A stretch of 45,968 nt of DNA, the filler included, from Jimgerdemannia flammicorona (Eukaryota): the NCBI GenBank assembly GCA_003990765.1. It is 2 parts of 2 records of this genome, joined end to end, with 100 filler letters (N's around TTAATTAATTAA, not from the genome) between each part and the next. Parts side by side here need not be neighbours in the genome. Positions count along the whole stretch, not along the records: positions 23,038 to 45,968 come from RBNJ01001183.1; 1 more part is not named here. One strand, given 5' to 3'. The notes under the pieces are model-generated. The model was given only the letters and a program-made list of their open reading frames with translations, was not told the DNA's origin and searched no databases. Every line of letters begins with the position of its first letter. The first letter of the stretch is position 1. Below are positions 37,393 through 45,968 of the stretch, piece after piece. The position numbers and the translations under genes were made by a program.

Positions 37393-37933
37393 TGATCAGT
37401 GCCTCCAGACATTGGTCCTCAGCTCCTTCCAGGCCTTACCAGTCCCTCTACCTCAATTTGGCCAAGCCAATGGAAACCCCCTTCAGAAGATCCAAGTTTA
37501 CTAAGAAAACCTTACCTTGGCCAGGCACCTACTATAAGTCCACCAACTGCAGGCCTATTATGCAATTGGTAAACAATTGCAGAACCTTCCAGCCCCAGAG
37601 CAGACCTACATCAGAAACACCACTGGTCTGACCAGGAGAGACACTACTGCTGTAGACAGACTATACACCATTTATAAATGAAATGTCACAGCTCTGACAC
37701 AGGTACAGTTCTCCCTGAATGACATTCAAGGAATGAACCCTGTTATCTATTTGAGTATCATCAACTCCATCGAAATTCTATTCCCTGAAGAAGAAGAAGA
37801 GCCCATAGAATGGAGTGACCCTAGTACAGATAATGAAGATAATGGAACAGGTATAGATGCAGAAGCAGCCTATGCTTATTGGGATGATGACTAAAGAACA
37901 GTCTGGGACAGACTATCCTTTAGTGGGGGCTGA
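37389..37933 (+). mobile_element. 3' internal end of an LTR retrotransposon: decayed ORF end, small hairpin and polypurine tract
   Basis: One frame ends ..EEEEEPIEWSDPSTDNEDNGTGIDAEAAYAYWDDD* (TAA 37892-37894). It is followed by the agtctg-gga-cagact hairpin and agtgggggctga directly before the LTR's TG. Confidence 0.65.
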
Positions 37934-39220
37934 TGTGACAAATCAAGACATATCACCCGAATTATACCTTAACCAGATAATGTGAACAATTAGCCAAGAT
38001 GATGTAAACACACAGTATAGCAACCTGCAACCATTGCTGCAGAACCTGTATAATTAGCCAGACATACCATAAAGGGTCTGTTTACCTGTACAGACTCTGT
38101 ACACCTGCCATAAGTAGCAGATCTATAGTTAGCCACATAGCAACCAGATAGCAACCAACTTGTATAAATTACCCCAGAGACAAGAGTGAATAAACCTCAG
38201 TCTGAAAGTTGAATACAAACTAAAGCAAAAGTCAATTGTCTGGTACACTTAGGAGAAATGCTTGCCAAAAGCCACTTAATCTAGGAAGGATTGCAACACT
38301 TAGGAGATATGTCTACCAATGAGCCACTGCCAAGAAGTTGTGAGCTTGGTTCTCTTCTCTTCCACTCTGGTCCACTTTCTGATACAAAGAATGAGTCCAT
38401 TTTTGGTTTGCTTGCCAGATAAGCCTGAAGATTTACCACCCAAGTTCAAGGAAGAACTTCACTGCCTTTTGAGTTATCTACCATATTCCCAGTTAAAGCC
38501 GCTGATTCAGAAAGAATCCACACCATCATGTTCCCAGAAGAGCCCACTGATTCAGAAAGAATCCATACCATCTGAGTAGTATTCCCAGTTGAAGCTGCTG
38601 ATTCAGAAGAATCTACACCATCTGAGTTATTTCCCAGAGAGCCACTGATCTAGGAAGAATCCATGACATCTGAGTTATTCATTGTTCCCAGTGAGCCTGA
38701 GTTATTGAGTTATCCACTGCCAGTATTATTTCCAGTAAGGAGAAACTACACCATACATTCCCAGTGAGTCAAATCGAGTTATCTGCTAGGAATCACATAC
38801 TTTTGGAGATCATTATGCTATATAGAGATTGTCATACTACACATGAAATTCCACCAATTCCCAGTTGACCCAAGAAGGAAACTGCTAAATTGCCAGATCA
38901 TCATGTATAAGAAACTCACACTATACAAGAGATCATCATACCAGAAATTACATACTTTTGGAGATTGCCTTGGTACACAAAATTGTGGCATTCTCAGTTA
39001 ACCCAAGAAGGAAGGACACAAATCACTGCTATACCTAGAGAACTATCCCAATAAGGAAACCACTTGCAGATATCCAGCTTGACTATTATACCACTAAACA
39101 CCAAGGACCTCAAGAATTTTAGAACATTTTGTTACTTTTTGACAAAGTAACTGGGGGCTCAAGCCAAACTACATCAACCCCCAACCTTGTAATTTGCCTC
39201 CATTGAGCCGGCACATTACA
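37934..39220 (+). repeat. 3' LTR (older, CpG-decayed) related to the LTR at 39622-41128
   Basis: TGTGACA...ATTACA ends. Long shared blocks such as atagttagccacatag..gcaaccaacttgtataaattaccccaga and the terminal ccttgtaatttgcctccattgagccggca. Confidence 0.88.
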
Positions 39221-39621
39221 ATATGTATATCAGTTCTTAGTAGAGATCTTATTAGGTACTCTATAATCAATATATATATAGAGATCTTTTTTTTTTTTTA
39301 GATAAAAAGAATTGGTATACCATATAGTGATTTTGATAGATAGATGTGACCTTTGCTTGCTAATTCTACTAATTATTCCTTGAGAATCTCTAGCTCAGAT
39401 TGGGCTAGTTGATCGATTCTACAGTAGAGCAGGTCTGAACTAGGAATAATTTCAATACTATATTCTAATACTTAGGTGAGTAGCAGTCTTTGGGATTCTT
39501 GAAAAACAACTTTATATTTCTTGAGTAGTTCTTGAAAGTTATCTTTCTTATCATCTTTATTCTTTAGGAGTTTAGAGAGTTCTTTATCATCTTTTTCTGA
39601 GGTTTTTTTAACTATATATAT
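39221..39621 (-). mobile_element. Decayed fragment of an unrelated Ty3/gypsy pol (RT N-terminus) between the two LTRs
   Basis: Minus strand reads FQELLKKYKVVF..EYSIEIIPSS..LAQSELEILKE.L.EL..KGHIYLSKSLYG....IDYR..NK, a mutated form of gypsy GHIRPSKSPYG..CIDYRALNK. Confidence 0.78.
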
Positions 39622-39788
39622 TGTAACAGACCAAAACGTACCACCTGAATTATAACTTAGCCAGATGACGCGAACAATTAGCATACTTACCCAGCATGAT
39701 GTGACTTCTAGTGTATCATAGTTACTCATGCCCACCACACTTATAATTAGCCAAGACACCAGATCAGGATTGTTTATCTGTGTCCCGA

Positions 39789-39891
39789 GGACACACTCAT
39801 GTCCGGCGGACACACTCATGTCCTGCAGACACACTCATGTCCTGCAGATACACTCATGTCCTGTGGACACACCTGTACCCAGAGGACACAC
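39789..39891. repeat. 19-bp tandem repeat (~5 copies) within the LTR
   Basis: Unit ggacacactcatgtcc(g/t)gc with period 19; each unit contains the inverted pair GGACA/TGTCC. Confidence 0.9.
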
Positions 39892-40109
39892 CCAAACATT
39901 ACCAAAGATAGCAAATCTATAGTTAGCCACATAGTAACCAGATAGCAACCAACTTGTATAAATTACCCCAGAGGCGCGAGTGAATAAAAACATCAGTCCG
40001 AATTGAAGTGCAAACCAAAGAAGCCTCTAAAGATTGAGCAATTGGTCCCCTTATTCCCACTCTGGTCCACTTTCCGATACAAAGAAGAGTTTGTTACGTT
40101 TTTGGTTCA

Positions 40110-40336
40110 CTTGCCAGATAAGCCTGAAGATTTGCCGCCTAAAGTTCAAGGAGAACTTCGCCGCCTTTTGAAGAACCCGCCACTTAAAGGAATAAGCCGC
40201 GCTGTTGGTATGCTTGCCAGATAAGCCTGAAGATTTGCCACCTAAAGTTCAAGGAGAACTTCGCCGCCTTTTGAAGAACCCGCCGCTTAAAGGAATAAGC
40301 CGCGCTGTTGGTACGCTTGCCAGATAAGCCTGAAGA
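40110..40336. repeat. 103-bp tandem duplication (2.2 copies) within the LTR
   Basis: cttgccagataagcctgaaga starts at 40110, 40213 and 40316. Confidence 0.92.
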
Positions 40337-41130
40337 ACCCTATCCTCCGCCTTCCCAAGAAAGCCGCCTTGCCCAAGCCAGTTTCTGACGCAACTTCGCA
40401 GTGATCCATTCGCGCAAATGAAGCCAGTCCTTAACGCAACTTTGCCAAGAGACCCTTTCCAAGAATGCCGCCAGTTGTTCGTATTCCCAGTAGGAGCCCG
40501 CCGATTCAGGAAGAATCCGCGCCATCCCGTTTTCCAGTTGAAGCCGCCGATTTAGAAGAATCCGTGCCATCCGAGTTAATTCCCAGTTGAAGCCGCCGAT
40601 TTAGAATAATCCGCGTCATCTGCCGTTTTTCAAGTTATCCGCATTCCCAGAAAAGCCATCCGAGTTATCCATTATTCCCAGTGGGCCCGGTATAGAAGAA
40701 TCCGCGCCATACAATTCCCAGTGAGCCAAATCGAGTTATCCGCCAAATTATCAGAACATCCGCATAAGGAACCCACCGCGCTACACGAAGATCATCGTGC
40801 TACACAAGATCATCACGCAGAAATCAGAGATCGTCACCCAAGAAGGAGAACTGCTAAATTGCCAGACCATCACGCACAAGGAGATCGTCGCGCTACACAG
40901 AAATTGTGCCATTCCCAGTTGACCCAAGAAGGAAAAGACATACAAATCGCCGCTACACCCAGTGAACCGTCCCAATAAGGAAACCGCTCGCAGATATCCA
41001 GCTTTGACTATTATACCGCTAAACACCAAGAACATTTTGTTGCTTTTTGACAAAGTAACTGGGGGCTCAAGCCAAACTACATCAACCCCCAACCTTGTAA
41101 TTTGCCTCCATTGAGCCGGCATGTTACATT

Positions 41131-41149
41131 TGGGGGCTCAACTGGGAAT
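41131..41149 (+). promoter_or_regulatory. Primer-binding site, tRNA-Pro-like
   Basis: TGGGGGCTCAACTGGGAAT begins 2 nt after the LTR end and resembles the tRNA-Pro PBS TGGGGGCTCGTCCGGGAT. Confidence 0.75.
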
Positions 41150-41695
41150 ATTTTAAAATTGACGTGACTTTTCAGCTCACAAGAACCCACAGTCAAACTG
41201 GATACATTTGATACGACACCAATTTCTGCCACTACAGGAGAACCAGTCATCACTAGCATTTGGACAGGAAGAGAAGTAATCACCTCAAGACTCGCCAACT
41301 ATCCAGCATCAGAAGGATCCCAACCAGAAGCAGGAGGCAGTACAGCCCAAAATCTCCAACCAGACCAACCAGATCAACCAGACAATACAGGCAGCCCTGC
41401 TAGAGATTTTGGAGAACTTGCACAAGAACTAGAAGACCTTATCACACGAACCCAATACTTCACAGCCAGACACCCCACACCAGTCCCACCAATCTCACCA
41501 ATAGAACCCCTACCACAACCCCTTGCAGAACCAGAAGTAGCTTCTACAAGAATACCTAGGCCCATTTCACCTCACCCAAGGACCAGAACACCATCGTCAA
41601 GATATCCAAGCACCCCCATTTCTAGTAACAGTTCAGAAAGTGAATCAGAATCAGAATCTGAACCAGAACCAGAATCAGAAGAAAGTGATGAAGAA

Positions 41696-44600
41696 ATGGC
41701 CACCTCACTGCCGATCTTTGCAGGATACCCGGAAGAAGACCCCAGAGAATTCCTTGATGGAATCGAAGGAATCGCAGCCTTAAGAAATCTCTCAGATGAA
41801 AGAAAAATCGCTATCTATAAAGCCCAGCTCAGGGAACCAGCCAGAGGAATTTTCCACTGAACAGCAAACAACCCAGATTCAGAATTAGCAAGACAGATAC
41901 AAGCAGCAGCCTCCTATGAGCTAGAATATCAGGCCATGGTCTACTGGCTCATAGAAAAGTATGCAGGAAATGAAACCTGCCATAAGGCTCAAGAATCCAT
42001 CATGGGAATGAAGATGAATCTTGGAGAATCGCCCAGAGCCTTCTTCACAAGAATCCAGAAGAGAATGCATTCTGCTGGGTTCAATGCCACCAACCAGGAC
42101 ATCATAGGTCCAATGACCTTCATGAATGGAATTCCCCCGAATATTGCCCAGCATGTCCGCACCCTAGGCATCAGAAGGTCTGAAGAACAAGTAGATGCGG
42201 CCCAAGGATTCTTTGATATCAGGCAAGGAACCACCTGGAGCGATCATGATAAGAAGGAAGACAAAGAAGATATTCCGGTCAAGGCCCTGCAAGGACTCCT
42301 TCAAGGGCAAGAAAGGACCGAAGAAAGAAGGCCAGCCAAGGAAGGAAAGAAGGATAGAAGCGAAATCCAAGACCTCAGTTCCAAGTTGGACCGATTGGTT
42401 GGACAGATTGAAAAACTCACCACACGCGAAAATCGGGACTACCAAAACAACAGAGGGTACCCACCACAGAGGAGCCAAGGTTATCCACCAAGAGATAACA
42501 GGAATTACCAGCAAGAAGAAAGAAGGTACCCTGCCCGAGACAGAGCCCAAGTCCAATGCTTCCACTGTAGACAATTCGGACACTATGCCACTGAATGTGA
42601 CAACAAAAGAAGTGACCAAAGAAACTCAGAACCACCAAACCGAAGGAATGACACCCAGTACAAGAAGACTGAGGCCCATCCTGTTGAAGATTTCGAGGAA
42701 GCAAGCAACAGTGAAGACTACAGTGACCTAGACTTGTACCCTACTAAGGTTACAACCCGAAAAACAGTCTATCCAGCAGAGAAGAGAAAGAGACCTGTAG
42801 GAAGACCATCCAGGAACATCAGCAGAAGAATTATCCAAGAAGAAGACGAAGAACATGAAGGAGAACAAGTAGAAACACCTCCCCGAACCCCCTCACCTTT
42901 TGTCCCCGAGACAAATGAGCTGCCACCAGAAGATGAAGAAATGGAACAAGAAGAACAGGAACCTGCTGCCCCAAAGCCAAAAAAAAAGTACACCCCAAAA
43001 ACCATGCCTAGGGATATTTACAATGAAGCTTGGCAGAAGATTCAAGAAGCCAAGATGGAAGTCCCTCTCCTGCAGTTCTTACAATTGACACCAGCGGGAG
43101 TCCGAAACAAATTGCTGAGAACTACAAGGTCTAGCACCGGCTGAGTCCCAATCCCACAGCAAGAACCAGCTCCCATCCAAGCAGCTGAAAGACATGTTAG
43201 CACCTACCTACATGGAGATATTGGAGGACAAAAAGCGAAAATCCTCATAGACACAGGAGCAGCTGTCTGTGTCATTGCCAAACGATTCCTGGATACCCTT
43301 CAGTGGCCCATTGACGGACCATCCAACCTCAGCATCATAGTAGCAGATGGAGCCCGAACTCAACCCCTTGGAGAAGTACGAAATATCACCATCTCTCTTG
43401 GACACATTCAGTTCTCCATTCCCAAAGCTGTTGTTACTGAAGCTGTCACCTATGACATGATTCTTGGCACCAACTGGATGAAGGAAATGAATGCAGTTGT
43501 TGATATTGGCCAACAAGTACTCAAGTTTGACTACCGAGGCAAGAAGTATAGAGTTAAGGTGACTAGCTATGAGCAATCAAAGAAGAAGAAGAAGGTCACT
43601 ATTCAAGAAGAATATGCCAGCAGTGAAGAATCCACCACAGAAGAAGAGAAAGAAGAGGAAGAATCCGAAGATGGAAATGATCCCAGACTCAATCCCCGAA
43701 TCAATCTGGTAGATGACAGACCAGAAGACAATGTGTGGGCCAAGAACACTATCCCTATCACCATTGGAGCTATTGCAGGAGAAGCCAAAGGATGCCCTAC
43801 ATGCCTCAAGAGACACAGGTGTCCCAAGCACTCCTCCAAGATCATGGGAACAAGGAAATCACCTGGCACAGCCTGCCCAGAGTGCAGAAGGAAGAAGAAG
43901 AGATGCAGACATGTTCCCGAAACCCCCGCAACTGAAGCTGTAGAAGTACAAGCAATTTGGGGTCAAGAATTATTCGAGGAAGATGAAACTTCTGACCAAG
44001 AAGTTCCTGAACAAGAAGCACCCAATGAAGAAGAAGTCCCTGAACTTATCCCATGGGATGACCCTCGTTGGACACCACCTGAAGACAATGACCCTTGGAA
44101 TACAGAAGAAGGACCCAGTACAATTACCATTATTCCCAAGAAAGAAACTCACCAAGAAAAAGCTTTCCGGCTGGGGAGATGTCTGCATCAAATGGTCTTC
44201 CACTCTCCCCGAGACTACTGCTATCAGTGTCATCTGTTGGATCAATAAGAAAGATAGAGACCCCAGAGACCAGAACCTCCAACTACTCTTGCACAGTCTA
44301 CCACTTTTCAAGAAGTCACCACAAGGTTACAAAGTCGATTCAGAGGACAAGGCTTCTTCACCCGAACAGAAATATATCCCTTGTCTACCCTTCCACCCAC
44401 CTACGATCAAGATGGGTACTGATTCCCAAGACAACAGGAGATAAACAGCTGAGAACACCATTTCCGAGCAATGGGATATTGCAACCATGGGAAACACCCT
44501 GACTGCCGAGACTGCAGACATCAGAAGATTCATCTCAGTCATGATGTTGCAGTGCATACTTTGAAGAAAGGAGACAACCGAAGCCAGATCCGAAAAAGCC

Positions 44601-45685
44601 AGACCAAGAAGCCAGGAAGAAGAATCCTCAAGATCTATGATTTAGGAGAAGACATCCTAGCTCTTATAAGACATGCAACCCGTCGAGGATGGGCAGAAGA
44701 TGCTGCCAACTTCATGGAAGCCCTGGACCCCACAGGAAGAAGAGGAATCAATTACCTCCGAGACCCCTCTACTGGAACCAGATGGCCACACCTCAACCTC
44801 AGAGCTTGGAGGCTCTCTGCCAGTGGAGCTTCAGCCTTAGGAAAGCCCGAACTCAGCAAGGATATTGCCCAGTACGCCCTGCTGCACCCCAAGGCCAAAC
44901 CCCCGACCAAAGCCCACCCAGAGGACATAGGATATGATCTTCACAGCCTGGAGGATGAATCTATTAAGCCTGGAAAAATCTTCATGGTCAGAACCGGATT
45001 AGCCATGCAGCCACCTCAAGGAGCTTATATTCAACTGACTTCAAGGTCTGGACTTGCCAGACAAGGGATAACTGTAGAAGGAGGAACCATTGACCCTGGA
45101 TATACAGGCGAAATCAAGGTCATCCTACACAACAACAGTGCAGAATGGCACCGAATCATTAGAGGACAGAAGATTGCCCAAGCAGTCTTCATGAAGGTCG
45201 AGATCCCACAGTTACAGGAAGTCTCCGAACTAACTGAAGGAACAAGACAAGCCAAAGGATTTGGAAGTTCAGACAGGAAGGAGGTACATCTCCTTCAAGT
45301 CAACCACCTCAAGAGGAATGTTCCCCAGCAAGTGTACCGGCAACCAGTCTGACTGCACAAGAATCTCATCCTGGAACCTGGAGAACAAACCACCTTTGAA
45401 ATCTTTGCACCACCCGACCCCAGAAATCTTTTCTTTGAACCTAAGGAAGATATCCCACACCTAGACATAGAGGGACACACATTCCCTGACAAGATGAACC
45501 CAGTACACTCCCGAGCAACCAACCAAAGTTGGGAGACCATCATCTTGCCGAAAGGAACCATCATAGGACATCTGGTACCTTTCCTCAATCGAACTCATAG
45601 GGAAGTTTATGAACTAAACCTATCGGGAAACGGCAAAAGGTCCCAGAAGAAAGGAAAGGCCCCTCTGCGACCCAGGAGACAGTAA
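41696..45685 (+). pseudogene. Gag-protease-Cys/His modules-dUTPase polyprotein in one frame, broken by point-mutation stops (frame open upstream to ~41168)
   Basis: ATG 41696 and ORFs at 41936, 43457, 44471 and 45494 are all in the same frame. Motifs: PIFAGYPEEDPREFL (gag), CFHCRQFGHYATEC (42557-42598), ILIDTGAAV (~43241-43267), DMILGTNW. Interrupting stops are TGA/TAA/TAG, each one C-to-T from CGA/CAA/CAG. Confidence 0.88.
44870..45274 (+). CDS. Trimeric dUTPase domain inside the retrotransposon polyprotein
   Basis: All five motifs present: IGYDL, SRSGLA, GTIDPGYTGEIKV, GQKIAQ, RQAKGFGSS. Confidence 0.95.
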
Positions 45686-45968
45686 AGCCTTCCACCAACA
45701 TTGGAGAAGAATTGACACCTCAACAACAGCAACAACTAGTAGAACTTCTCAACAAATATCAAGATATCTTCACCACCGATTATGGCAACCTGCCTTACAA
45801 CCCATCATATCATCACAGCATAAATACAGGAAGTGCAACACCCATCCGGCAGAAACCCTATAGAATACCCCATCACTTGAAAACATTCGAAAAGGAGCAC
45901 ATCCAAGAACTCTTAGACAATGGAGTCATCCGACCCTCTACCAGCCCCTGGGCCAGCCCTATACTTAT
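45631..45968 (+). CDS. Ty3/gypsy reverse transcriptase N-terminus, in the -1 frame, no ATG, partial
   Basis: NIGEELTPQQQQQLVELLNKYQDIF...HSINTGSATPIRQKPYRIP...IQELLDNGVIRPSTSPWASPIL. Confidence 0.9.

Larger units (their letters stand above)
39622..41128 (+). repeat. 5' LTR (1507 bp) of the dUTPase-carrying Ty3/gypsy element
   Basis: Perfect 7-bp inverted ends TGTAACA...TGTTACA, immediately followed by a PBS; homologous to 37934-39220. Confidence 0.92.
39622..45968 (+). mobile_element. Ty3/gypsy LTR retrotransposon (5' part; runs off the window)
   Basis: Order: LTR, PBS, gag, CCHC knuckle, aspartic protease, dUTPase, RT N-terminus. Confidence 0.93.

Noticed and set aside
37389..37430. Possible continuation of antisense LINE copy D beyond the copy B poly(A)
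   Set aside because: Only a few codons resemble ORF2 and the similarity does not extend; the plus strand fits the LTR-element 3' region better.
39789..39891. Palindromic short repeats as a CRISPR array
   Set aside because: The units are contiguous with no unique spacers, lie inside a eukaryotic LTR and have no cas genes nearby.
37934..41128. The two LTRs as the paired ends of one small element
   Set aside because: The first follows a PPT (3' LTR) and the second precedes a PBS (5' LTR). They differ in decay and structure, and the DNA between them is an unrelated antisense gypsy RT relic.
43142..43144. TGA between gag and protease as programmed readthrough
   Set aside because: Several similar in-frame TGA/TAA/TAG stops occur through the frame, so CGA-to-TGA decay is the simpler explanation. 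Other copies would settle it.

Overview
Eukaryotic, most likely fungal DNA: it has a Zn2Cys6 transcription factor, GT-AG introns and a TKL-type kinase. An early-diverging (Mucoromycota-like) origin is an inference. An artificial contig join (Ns plus TTAATTAATTAA, 22938-23037) splits the window. The gene-rich part holds a bacterial-looking RbsD/FucU-fold gene, a secreted Cys-rich/DPBB (expansin-like) gene, a probable tail-anchored pseudokinase, an intronless Zn2Cys6 TF, a secreted N/G/Q/P-repeat protein and an intronless GYP8/TBC1D20 pseudogene fused to a LINE 5' end. The rest is a nest of transposons with C-to-T decay: a foldback hAT-like MITE, four pieces of one G-rich L1/Tx1-like LINE family, Ty1/copia and Ty3/gypsy relics, and two related LTRs. 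The most unusual object is the Ty3/gypsy element starting at 39622. It has a tRNA-Pro-type PBS and one ancestral frame encoding Gag, protease, Cys/His modules and a dUTPase. RT follows in the -1 frame behind a G GGA AAC slippery site and a predicted pseudoknot. No database searches were run; all calls come from motif recognition.
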